Position numbers and translations under genes: made by a program. The notes beneath the pieces are model-generated. The model was not told the DNA's origin, ran no database searches, and saw nothing but the letters and a program-made list of their open reading frames with translations. A stretch of 64,000 nucleotides of DNA from Phoronis australis (lineage: Eukaryota > Animalia > Phoronida), in NCBI GenBank assembly GCA_002633005.1, contig NMRA01000003.1:1664503-1728502 (forward strand). Direction: 5' to 3'. This document shows, one piece after another, positions 12,051 through 25,183 of this stretch; position 1 is the stretch's first letter, and every line of letters starts with the position of its first letter.

Positions 12051-15000
12051 ATTAGTGCAAACATAATTTCATAATGTCGCACTTTTTGATTGCGTAAGTT
12101 AATGTCAAACCTCATTTAGTGACCTCCTTTCTAACTCATATATATCAAGTAATGAGGCTGCGTCAACCAGTAAAAGTACACATTTCTGAAACAGCAAAGA
12201 TCAGGGATTATAAAACTGTTCCATATTTATGTGCCATTCTTACTATCATGTTACTAACTTTTTCAGTCAAATTTTTGGTTTTTAAGAAAGGGACGTTCAC
12301 AGCAAAATGACCTCGCTTGACTTTTTCTGAAATGCCTTTTAAAAAAAATCCCCACTATTTATTTCAAAATGCTGTTAGGAATTTTCGGCTACTCATTTAG
12401 ATTGGTTTCTATACCAAACTAACATGCAATGTGTTTGGTATTTTTGTAAAAAATAACAGTCGTATTTGTCTGTCTTATGGTATGCAAAAACTTGGCGTGT
12501 TAAACAGAAACTCCTAGTAGTGTTCTTGAGCTTGATGAAAAAATGTTTAAATAGGAAAATTTCAGTGAAATCCACAGATCCGTTTTTGAGAACTGGTGTT
12601 CCTAAGTTCAAATTAAATCGATTTGCCGAAGCCGCGAAAATCCAAAAACATTAGGACTCATCAAAATCTCAAGGTTTTAAATTAATTATTGGGTGAAATT
12701 TTGTTTTTGATCAATATAACCTATACATGCCATTGCCATGTTAGTTATTTCAACTTTCTCTCGCAATGTCAACTGAATTTGCAGTGCATAATCAACTAAT
12801 AATAATCACTAAAGCATCGTTTTAATTTCACAAGTCGAGGTTTCAGTGGTACTTGTCAAAGTAGGTCAGAGGAAGAGTTAGGTGAACAGTGCATTGTGGT
12901 ACACAACTCAAGAACCATGCATCAGGGACACTGATATCAAGAAACCAACCACGAAAAGGAAAATAGCGGTGGAGTATCTGTGGTTAGAATGTGCTTTGAG
13001 CAACTTTGAACTTGGATTAGTAGTAAACAAATTTAGGTGCTGTTAAAGGTGGTTCTGCATAATCTTTTTTCTCTCGCCACACGTTTTATATTTCATATTT
13101 GAAGTTCCACGAGAATGAAGATAAGGTATTTTGCTAGTCATATATGGAATATTACAATATCTGCTAATTTTTGTGAACAGGGTTTGAGAAGTCCTGAACA
13201 TGGGCCAAAAGTCTCAGTGAAATATAAAGCGAAAAAGGACAGGTTCTCAATGATGAGTTTGTCCATACCCACATTTTTCTAAAATGATGCCTGTTTGTGT
13301 TCAATGATTCCATTAAAACAATATGAATTACAGATATCATAATTCATCCAAATCTTATAAAAGTATTGTTGAGCACTGTCAACAAGCCGCCTGCCATTTC
13401 AACTGTGCCCGTACTGAATCGATGGCCACTGGACCAGATTTCTTTAGTACTTTTAAAATTAATTGCGTTCATGAAGTTCATAGCATAGTTTGAAAGGAAA
13501 TCTAGACTTCTTTACAAATGTCAATGACCTGTGCAGATTCATAACAGTTTTTATTTGAGATTATAACATCTGGGGCCTGTTTATCGACAACTCTATTGGC
13601 TGTTGTTATTTGACTTGTGACTAAAAATCAGTCTAGGATGGTTTAGCTGTCTCATGAAAACAGGCTGAATATCAAATGAGAAAATTTGTTTACAACTCAA
13701 ATTTGAAATGCAGAAATCCATAGCCTTTTCAACTAGAGAGAAGACAAAATGTTTTGAGAAACATAAAAGACAAAAAATCAACTTATGTCTACTTGTACTA
13801 AGATTTGTGACTTTTGGTTGAAATCAAAAGAAAAATTTCAATTGTTTTTTTGAAGAAACAGAACTGTGTTATAGTTTGTATGTAAGTGTGTAAATGTCTA
13901 GTTGCTCTCTTTATTGTTGAATACTATTGTATTTTGTCTTGTGTAGTATTTTGTATTGTTGTAAGACTGTCTTGAATTGTCTGGAAATCATCCCATTCTT
14001 CGTGGAGCACTCAATATTACAAGCAAATGTAATATCATCATAATCATATCATTTTTAGCAATAACTTTTTAAAAATGTTTGAGCTCTAAGTACTCTGATT
14101 TATTTTTAAAACCTTTGCCAGTTGTTAATAATGTCAGTGTTGGCATGTTAGTGGTACTTAAGCGATTATTGCCAGCAGGTTTTATTTCCTGCTTTAAAGA
14201 ACTATCTCCAGCTTGTTTTGTTTAATACTTACATGAAATACACTGGTGGATGATTTTCCATGTGACTTGCATGTGAATTATGTACTCGAAGCAAACCCTT
14301 AGCTTCACTCTTTGACCTTATTCAGTTGTCTTATTTATACTCCAATAAAAATGGTGTAAGCTTTAAGGAGATCTCTCGTGTATTTTTACCATTCTGAGAA
14401 AAGATTAATGAGACTTGTGTAGTAATTAGGGATTAAGTGAATATCTGGTCAGCCGTGGCTGAATCTTTGTGATCTTTAACTGTGGTGCAGTTATCCATGA
14501 GTGTGCTTTGCCAATACATAAGCGTTCCCTTGTCATCTCAGAATAGATTTTCCTTCATTACATTGCTTGCTGTAAACATGTATGACGTACATTTCTCCAC
14601 GCACATTAACATGCCTGATTGCTATATCCTTGCCACGCAGCTCTCAGTCTTGACGCTGACTAAACCCAACATTGTTTTGCATAATTGTGAGCAGCACAAC
14701 ATGCATGCTGTGTCTTGCTATCAACTAAATCAGCGGATAAAACTTGTAACCTGAGATTTTGGTTTTAGTCCCTCGTCATGGGTGTTATCGCTTTCTTATT
14801 CACTCCAGTTAGTCTATTGGTGTGCCATTGTTTCGATGGAGTTTGACAGCAGTGCCACCTGCAGAGTAATAACTTTTTGCTGCGTTCTGACACTCAGTTA
14901 CAACGGTTGTAGCCTCGCAGTTAACCGCCCTCGCAAAGGGTTATAACGAAGCTATAGTTACTATATTTAAAGCCGGTTTTAAACTGTTCAAGCAGAGAGT

Positions 15001-16731
15001 TGTAATCTTTAAATCAGTTTTCAAAGTTATAACCACTTTGGTGTGAATACAGCTTAGCTGCAAATGTAAGCTAGAAAGGAAATGTTATTATTGTGTTTGT
15101 ATTATGTCTCGTGATGTTCAGAAGTCAATGTAGATAAAGTTAAACATTTGAGAAGTGATGAATTGTCGGGGAGTTCACTGGCTGTTTCTCATATTGTACA
15201 ACACTGTTTAGTACATGTCATCATGCAGACAGACAGAGATGAACACCTGAGATGTGTATTAAAGAACTTATGTTCACTGGCTTTTTCTCACATTGTGCAA
15301 GTCTTTTTTTGCTCTCAATGCATTACTTTTAATGTTGGTTCCTATCTCAGCAAAAATGCTACCTGTTTTAGCAGGAAATGACATTTTTATGCAACCATTC
15401 TTATGGGTCTCAGCATCTGACTTCTGGTGATGGGAGTCTGAATTAATTGCTTGTCAATGCTTTGACTCCTTTAATTGTTATCAGATTTGGCGGTGCCTGT
15501 ATGCCTATGTGATAGCTTGGAACCTTTTATTTCTGAGAAGGATTAATCCCTTTATTGCCTTTTATGTGTTTAAGAAGGTTAATTTTTCTTCATATTTTTT
15601 CAAATTCTTGTTTTTGGTCATTGTCTGCTACAAATTTGCTAAAAATGTAGGGGTTGCTAGATTCGTTCATCCATTTCAACAGTTAAACACCCTTTGAAAA
15701 ATTTTGAATTTACATGGTTACTGAAAAGCCACCTCTAATTGTGTTAATGATTGAAATCCTTTTAAAAAAGCGGAATGCTTTTATTGCGCAATGTTGGTTT
15801 TATGTTGTAACAGGTTTTGTCACACTTTACATATTATTGATTTTAGCATTTTGGCTTTTACATAAAAAAGTTACTGTAACACGGTTTTTTCTTTTAAAAT
15901 GTCTTATTTTGGTGCCCATGCATTTGCTTTGAAATACTAAAAGATTAATGGGTTCCCCGTCTAATTTTTTTAGCTATATTACTTCAAACCGCGTCAATTT
16001 CAAGATCTTATTGCCTGCTGCATCTCACTAGATGGCGTTTTAAATTGTTATGTTGTTGGGATTGTAGAATAGGTTTTGTTAATGTGAAGTTTCTTATTTC
16101 TTTAAGTTCATATCTGCCATTTTACCACAAATTGAAACATCAAATGTCTACATTTGGGTTTATGTTTATTCTCATGTCAAGTATGACGTCATTGTGAAAT
16201 TTGATGTCTCACGCTATTATTTAATGCTTTACTAACAAAACCTGATTAGAAAGTGAGCAAATTAAGTAATCTGCTATTTGAAATCAAGAATAATATTTAA
16301 ATGTTTTATATAGTAGTCATATAAAACAGTAATGTTGATCGGTTGTCTTACTTGTTGTTTTTTTACTGTGGAACTCTTATGCTAAACAGACTTGTTGGTT
16401 TACGGCGGCAAGCATCTCATCCAGCACGTTCATCCAAGCCCATGACTAGCTCCCTTCAATCCGTGACAGCGCCATCAAGCCTTTAAGGTGCCGCATGCTA
16501 TAAACATTCCCACTAAATAAAATTGGTTCTAACCCCGGTGTTTAAGGTAAACGGCGGGGTATGGAAAATTGAACTAGGCCGTATTTATCCACCTTGGCTG
16601 AGACGCGCTCGGCTCATGCTCAAAGGGATGCCGCCAAGCTGCTCTATTCATCGAGTCACGAGCGAGGATAATTGACTTCGCTCATGCGGATATGATCAGC
16701 TGATTACAGTCTAGCCTAACAACTGTACTTT

Positions 16732-17642
16732 NNNNNNNNNNNNNNNNNNNNNNNNNNNNNNNNNNNNNNNNNNNNNNNNNNNNNNNNNNNNNNNNNNNNN
16801 NNNNNNNNNNNNNNNNNNNNNNNNNNNNNNNNNNNNNNNNNNNNNNNNNNNNNNNNNNNNNNNNNNNNNNNNNNNNNNNNNNNNNNNNNNNNNNNNNNNN
16901 NNNNNNNNNNNNNNNNNNNNNNNNNNNNNNNNNNNNNNNNNNNNNNNNNNNNNNNNNNNNNNNNNNNNNNNNNNNNNNNNNNNNNNNNNNNNNNNNNNNN
17001 NNNNNNNNNNNNNNNNNNNNNNNNNNNNNNNNNNNNNNNNNNNNNNNNNNNNNNNNNNNNNNNNNNNNNNNNNNNNNNNNNNNNNNNNNNNNNNNNNNNN
17101 NNNNNNNNNNNNNNNNNNNNNNNNNNNNNNNNNNNNNNNNNNNNNNNNNNNNNNNNNNNNNNNNNNNNNNNNNNNNNNNNNNNNNNNNNNNNNNNNNNNN
17201 NNNNNNNNNNNNNNNNNNNNNNNNNNNNNNNNNNNNNNNNNNNNNNNNNNNNNNNNNNNNNNNNNNNNNNNNNNNNNNNNNNNNNNNNNNNNNNNNNNNN
17301 NNNNNNNNNNNNNNNNNNNNNNNNNNNNNNNNNNNNNNNNNNNNNNNNNNNNNNNNNNNNNNNNNNNNNNNNNNNNNNNNNNNNNNNNNNNNNNNNNNNN
17401 NNNNNNNNNNNNNNNNNNNNNNNNNNNNNNNNNNNNNNNNNNNNNNNNNNNNNNNNNNNNNNNNNNNNNNNNNNNNNNNNNNNNNNNNNNNNNNNNNNNN
17501 NNNNNNNNNNNNNNNNNNNNNNNNNNNNNNNNNNNNNNNNNNNNNNNNNNNNNNNNNNNNNNNNNNNNNNNNNNNNNNNNNNNNNNNNNNNNNNNNNNNN
17601 NNNNNNNNNNNNNNNNNNNNNNNNNNNNNNNNNNNNNNNNNN
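16732..17642. other. Assembly gap (911 N)
   Basis: Run of N bases. Confidence 1.
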
Positions 17643-20600
17643 GCTAGGTGATGCAAGACATTATTACTTGTTCTTTGTTGCATTATAGTAACTGGTCTTG
17701 GCTAATTATCATTTTATGGCCTGGTCTTCCATTCAGCCCAAAGTAGTTCCAGAGGTGGCTTATCAGCCAATTATTCACGCATGCTGACTCACAATAGAAG
17801 CCTGATAAGAGTGAAGGTGGATAAATGCAGTGTTCCTACAGTTTCTTGTTTTAGTGGATGTGTTCACGACATGCGAGGACTTTGCTGGACAATCTGGTTT
17901 TTAAAGTGCAAAAATCCCATGCTTTCTCGTCCACTTGCATGCAGATCCTGTTAGTGTAAGATTTGCTTTGTGAAGCAGATCAAGACAGCATCATGGGTTT
18001 AACTTCTTCTCAAATTCCTTCACAAAAAGCATAAAAAGTTTATCTCTGAACCATTTTTTGCTAATTTGGACATACTTTAAGTAGTTAATGAGTTACTATC
18101 TTGTGGCAAGTGGCACTAATCCTTTTAATACACCTTGTCATAATTATGCCCTGTTGTGAATACCAAAATTTCTCAATTGAAATTGACATCTTGATTGGAT
18201 GCTGTAATGTCTATCAATACAGACTACAATACTGTCTAGATTTGCACTGTGAGCCCTTAAATGGGCTAACTCAAAAAATCAAAGGGTGGTCTTTAAGTCA
18301 AGCATGGGCTTTTAACAATGAAATGTTTAAGAAGTCAGGACTAGGTGCATATCTGAACAATCAGGTTAATGCCCAGGTAAACTTCACATGCAGCAAGTCA
18401 AATAAAACACCAAGAATTCTATGCATTGTAGTAATGGACATCACCATCTAGAATGTAGTGATCTGCACAACAGTTCAGTAGCGTGACCCAGCTTTCTGAG
18501 AAGCAGATGCAAAAATGCACATGATAAACGAGTCTATGGTTTTGAGTTGGCCATGTGCAACAAGTTGAGCATGGGCGCTTTACAGTGAAAGTCTGGAAAT
18601 TTTGAGGGTGTGCGGTAAGCAGAACATGGTCAGTTTAGGCATTGTTAGGACAATAAGAACTATTTCCAGACTGAAAGTCAATCGCACACATGACCATCTT
18701 GGAACATCTTGTGCCAGCTTCAACATTGCCTTAACTGTGGCATTATGTCTATGCAAGCCCATCTTATATCTAGCATTTTTCTAGTTTAGTGAAAACCAGA
18801 GGATATTGTGATCCAAGCTTGGCTTTTCATTTGATAACGAACAAAATATAGCTTTATGTAATTGCTTGGAAGCTGATTGGTGCATGTCTAAGGTTAGTTC
18901 AATGTAGATTCCATTCCGTATGTTCTTTCTCAGAAAAGCTAACAACAATATGCCATATATTATTCCTTCGACTAATTTCTAAGTATGTGACCATTACAAC
19001 AGTGCCTATAGGCTATAAAGAAACCTTCACTGGTGACAATTTGTGTGAAATTCCCTTTGGTTCTAATGTTCTATTTACAGGCTATATTTTCATCACGTTG
19101 ACCATGAAAATTAATTACTTTAAAGAGCTTTTAATCAATTACATCCTGGATGAGTATTAACCCAGTTTACATACAAATTAAACTTCTTTGTCAAATTTAA
19201 CTCTTTATATTAAAGCTGAACATGAAAACATGGACAGGCAGTGGTTTGAAATCTTAAAATAGCCATGTTGAAACTCTGTATGACATTGATAATATCCCAC
19301 TTTTTCATTGGATACAATCTATAGTGTGCGCTGGTTAAGTAACTGTTCAGATGCATTTAAGCTTGGGCAATGCAGCCAAATTACTGCATTTATTCATGCT
19401 CGTCAGTCTTGGAACTATTTTTGGACTAGCTGTTAGTACAATAGTCTCAGTTTACTGTACTTAACCTCCTTGTTGTGATTTAAATTGTTAACCCCATCAT
19501 GTTTTGGTTGTTTTATCTAGATCAAAGTGTAGGTAATAAATTAAGATAATGACATTACTACAATACTGGAGGGAATTATTCTCCAACTGTAGAGTTTGAA
19601 ACTAATTTATTTGGTTCAATTTGTGTGTGTGTGCAAAATGAATTGGTTTACACCTGAAACTCGTGTTTTATTAAAGGGCCAATAAACCGCCCTTTCAACG
19701 CAAAAAACAATGCCTTTGATTTCAACTACGTATTTACCATTACAAAATTGGTCGCAAATTGTCCCTTCAAGTTGACTACTGTGGTGCTCCTAGTGGTGAT
19801 TTTGTTTTTGCATGCGTGGCTGTATTTCCTTAAACATTTACGGAATCCTTGTAAAGATTTAGCAAGCGTTTCCTTAGATGAATGTGAGAACGGCTTATCA
19901 CGACTGATCTGATTACCACTGTGCCCCCTGCGGGCCATTTTTTGTTTTTATGTCATTTACACAGCCTTCTAAATCAACCACTGTACAGACGAGGTCCAGA
20001 TACCCAGGGCATTGTTAAACTCAATGCTAACAGTGCTAAGCTTAGGCGTCACGACTTAATTTCAGTCCGTGAAATTGTGCGTCCATGCACAAACCGAGTT
20101 AATCAAGCATTGCAAGTAGGGTCATAAAATGAAATAAACAGCTCTGCCTATCAAAGTATAAAACTTTTGTTGAAAAACTATGCATTTTCAAGAATTAGGT
20201 ATTCCTCAAATATGTAGAACATAAAAATTAACCGAAATCGGTGTTTGAATCATAAAAATCAATTCACTATAACTGGGTTTATGCGTGTCAAAATTAAATT
20301 CACGTCAGCTGCTTGACTGATAAGCAAAGTATTCCCTGCTCAATTATCTTCACTTAAATAGACTTGTGTTGTAAGCAACACAAAAAATATGGAAATTAAC
20401 TGTCTGGACTCGCTGGATGATTAGTTGATCTAGGCGGGTATTCAATGTAAAGGACAAGATCATGTCATGATCTTCATATTACCTTGACATTTTTCATGAA
20501 ATTTGGCCCCGTTCCATTTTAGGACAGATTCATGGTAATGTACGCCATAGGCCCTACGGCGACCATTTCTATGATGCTGATAAGCACCTCTGCCATTTGC

Positions 20601-23600
20601 TAGGCAGCTGTGGGTGTATTTCAGTGTTCTCCACTGCTCTTCATTCTGGGCTGGGCTGTTAGAATACACAGGGGTAATGAAACAATTATCTTCTCAACCA
20701 GGAGCATAAACCCTTTGTTAAGCTGTCCTTATTTACCTAGTCTAAATGGAACAGTTGTATGACTTAAGGCCCTTTCCCATGAAGTTAGCTTTGCTACTAT
20801 GGTTACTCACAAAGTTAAGCCTCAAGTGTTCCCTTCAGCTAAACAATAGATAACATTGCTGCATAGAAATATAACTTCGCACAGAAATTCTTCACTTCTC
20901 CAGCATTTAGTTGGCAGATAGATGTATAATTTCTGTATGAAAAAATGAAGAGATTTTTAGTCTATGATTACATGCAAGCCAATTTAAATGAGGGTGAAGC
21001 CTATATCATGTATCGTACGGGAGGATCTGAATTAATTGCTTGGTACAGTAATATGTATATCATACCAACGACTAATTCATGACTAGTTGGCCAAACAGTC
21101 GGTGTATAGTTTAGGTTGCATGTTTGCGTACTTTACTGTTTTCACCTTAATTTTCATCAAGTTTGTTCGAATTAAAATTTTAGTTGTTATTTGATGGATA
21201 TGTTTATGATTTGTGCTATTTGGTTCAATTGCCATTTGTAAGGGGTTTTCAATTTTTCTGTGACCCTAGCACCAGTACAGAATTCAAGCCATGCTTGATA
21301 CTATATAAGGAGATGAGTTTAAACTACTACCCTAATTCTTATGTATTGAGCCCGCCAAATACCGTAATCCTTATGACTTTGCCTAAGTTACTTTCTCTTG
21401 AGATGATAACGGTTATCTTCTCTAGAGAAAACATCGCAAAGTTAAGTTCTGACTTATTTGGTGGTGTGATAACACTGTTATTTCACATCGGCATCATCGC
21501 CTATGTATGATAATAATGGTTCTCTATGTGGTAAAACTGCAAAGAATTGAAACCATTGTAAGGCAAGCTCTTGTTATCCAAAATTATCAATGCTTTAAAA
21601 GAGCTCTAAAAACTCCACTTGTTGGCTTTCAAAGAAACTAGCTTTTGATGTAGGCCACTAACCACAAAAAAACGACCTCAACTTGCCTTGCTCACACTGA
21701 CGATGTGACATCAGTAATGATATTGACTACAGTGGTTCCACATTAAAACAACACTCCAGATTTGTTTGCATTTTATACTTGTTTACACCTCTGTTGCTGA
21801 GTGCTTACCTGTCATCAAGAGTACTGTATATAGGTTAGTGTTGCCAGTGGTATCAACCATGTCTGGTCTGCCACTCAGTGCCACCTTCAGCTCACATGTC
21901 TTTAACATGACTGGTGGTGTCTGGCGGGGCAACAGGAGATTTTAATGTAATTTGTGTCTAAAAATGTTTGAGGTGAATCTTGTTGATTTAAGTACATCTT
22001 AGAACAGAACTGAACTTATCAGCACATGTCTCTTGTTGAATTGTTCAAATAAAGTCAGGAAAAAAGGCATGAAATGTTTTAGCCCTGTTGCCTGCAGGTT
22101 GTGACAAAATTTCAAAATTGTGCCAAGTAATTGAGATATGTATGTTGTTTGTTTTGCTTCCTCCAATTAATTAGCATGTCCTCTATTTGACATGTAAATG
22201 TTGATGAGTGTCCTCGTAGTGATGTCATGCCAGGTAGCTGTGTATGTTTACTCTACACTAACAACCCACATGTTCCATTATTTTCCAGATTGGTTTATGA
22301 CAGCTGCCCCTTCTATATCATTGTTTGTTGTATGCACCATGTAGGACATGAAGCGTGAAAAGGCTGATTAACCATTGACTCAATTTTTTAATTAAAATGT
22401 TGTGCAATGAGTGTCAATGTGATTTTTGCTTTACATGTTCCTTTCTATCTTCATAAATCCTCAATGGATTTGGCTAATAGTTATACCATAATCCCTTTGT
22501 TAAGTTGTGTTTAGTTACAACGAGGGTTGTATGACTAAAAGCAGTGTTCAGGTAGAACTGCGTTCAATGACCTTGGATATCAATTTCAAAAGGCCTAGTG
22601 CAAATTACACCAATGATTTAAAACCGTGCTCAATATTCTAAGCCACAGACTTACAGTTACCCCCTCCAAGATAAAAATGTTGGCATCTGTCTCTTTCTCT
22701 CGCAGCCTAACCACTATGAAAATTATGTATTCCTACTACGGATATCACGGCTGACTTCTGTGGTGCCCCCTACGGTTGTAATTTTGTTTTTGTCTATGGC
22801 GCATTGTCTGTAAGTTCCTTGATGACATTTGTTCTGTAGTTCTTTTGAGGAAAGTACAACTGATATGAATTTTGGGACAAATCTGACCACTGCGGAGTTC
22901 CCTGGTGGCAAATCTGGATTTCTTTGCCTTTGCATCTATGAAGCTCCATGACTGATGTATCTGTTCTCTGTGTCCGCCTCGCTATCTTTCAAACTTCTTG
23001 AAGAATCAGGATGAAGAGTGGCAAGGGTGTTTTTATTGAAGGGAGAATTGCTGACTTGCTTTGCACCTCCTAAAGGCTATTTAAGAGTGCTCCTTCTTGT
23101 GGGAAACTTTTAAATAATGATGTCTCTTGTATCTGCATTGTATATAAGTTGGGCACATATCAACACTCCCTGTTCTTTTTGTAGAGATAAACAACTGTAG
23201 AGACATTCCTGCTAATTGTCATTCTGTTTATTTGTAAGTACGAAATAATTACTCTGCAGGACATAACATTGTTGTGCTAATTACTTTGTGTTCATTTGCA
23301 TATTTTCCATTGACACTGCACTTGAGGTGAACCTTGATCAGAAAATGGCTAAAAAGATTCAAAAACATTAATGGTATTGCTTGTATGCGTAGTGGCCAAA
23401 GTTTAGACATGTTAAATGGTTACTACCACAAATTTTTATCATGCTTAAAATTGGACAGCCTTTGGATACATTGTTTTTTGAAATTTTATCTTCAGCTAGA
23501 AATTTTAAAGACAACTTTGAGGATCAAACAGTTGTTTGTACATTAGTGATCGTTCCTACCTCTCCACTTATTTTGTACAAAAATAATTGTAAAATTATCA

Positions 23601-24866
23601 TTTTTTTACTATTTTTCAGCTTGATTACCTTGTTGCAAGTATTGGAAACTCAACTAAATGTTGTTCTTTGACTTCTACACTGTACAAACCAATCTAATAA
23701 TGAACAAAAAATTTCTTAATCTTTATTTTTTTTCAGAAATGTGACAAAATTAAATTTCGCTTGTCCCTCATACTTCGTTCTAAATTTGTAAAGAATTACC
23801 GTTTCAGATTTTTACGATTTTATGCCATTTTGAAGTTGCTTCTTAAGGTCACTCAAAAACTGACTTGCCATAATTGACCATTCACTTCTGAATTGTGTTA
23901 GATTACTGGGGCCCTGATGTATCTAAATAGTTATCTTTTAGCTTAGCGCTGACAGTGCACATTGACAAAACACTTTTTTTAAAATGTTTAATGCAAAGAA
24001 ATACAATGTACAATAATTGGGTTTTTAAGTCCAGAAAGCGCACGAAAGCATTATATCTGCTGTGATCTTGTGTACATTCCCGAGTCTGAATTCTCTGGTT
24101 GCGGCATTAAAGATTTTGTATGACATCGGCCTTAATAATTTTTGACATTGCCCATTTTTTCTCTCACAGGTGTGATATCTTGTACGGCATTCAAAAGGTA
24201 TTGCCTGGCTAATCTTTCACATGATCTTCCCTACTTTCAGCTGTAAATATTTTTGTTGAGCTATAAAGTCAAATGCTGAACCATTTTATAGTTCAGTGCT
24301 CTCCTACTGTTCATTATGAGATTCATTTAATAGAGCATTCTCAGCATTCTCACATCTTATGTTTCTGGTCATCCAGTGGTCAAGCGTGGTACTTTTGGGT
24401 GCAGCAGTGGACAGATTTTCAGTTCACAGCTATGATGTAATAGTTAGGATTGGGTGCCTTTCACAAGATCATTAATGATCAATGCTCAGTAATCAATATC
24501 TAATGGATGAGATTTCATACACAACAGTTGGCTGGTTATCATTGTGGGTGATCACATGACCTTCTCAAGTAAGACTACAGGGTGAGCAGTCTAGCCAACT
24601 CAGATGAACTGCTGGATTCAGCCAGAGTGGTCAATACAAGGCTGAGCTGCATATATGCCTGAGCTTATTGACATAGACTTTTACGCATTGATTTGTTGGC
24701 TGAACTAGAGGGTGTATTTGCACCTATTTGTGAGTGAAAAGTGTTACATTTGATACATTGTGGATGAAACTGCAAAGGCTCTACGGTTTCTGTTGACCTG
24801 AACTAGTGAGTGAAAGGATTTGGGCAATTTCTACGAATGCTCATGGGAAAACCTTTGACAGGGAAG

Positions 24867-25183
24867 ATGGCAACAACATTGGCACGTAAAGTGACTCCGC
24901 CTCTACGATCCTTTAGCCAAGAGGAACAACCCGTACCTATGATACGACGACACACTATGGACTCTAAGTATCCCAAGGGGTACAAATCGTCTTCATCCAC
25001 TTCCAAAGATGGCTTGTTGGCACCCCCCTCAAAAACTTTTTTTCGCAAGCGTAGTGCCACTAGTGTTGTGCACAAGCGACCAATGTTTCCTTCGTTGTTC
25101 CGTCGAAGTAAAACTGTTGGAAATGTGGCTATCGATGAAAAAATGAGAGATGGTGCTACTCTTCCAGAAAAGATATCTGAAAA
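24867..25183 (+). CDS. ANKFN1: Candidate first coding exon of the ANKFN1-family gene (basic, Ser-rich, probably disordered N-terminus)
   Basis: Open frame 24810-25183 with ATGs at 24837, 24843 and 24867 (AAGATGG, best Kozak context) and an in-frame stop upstream. It ends at donor AA|GTAAGA (phase 2), compatible with the phase-2 acceptor at 35941. No domain homology recognised. Confidence 0.6.

Noticed and set aside
16682-17683. 333-aa ORF in the track
   Set aside because: Artefact of translating the N gap.
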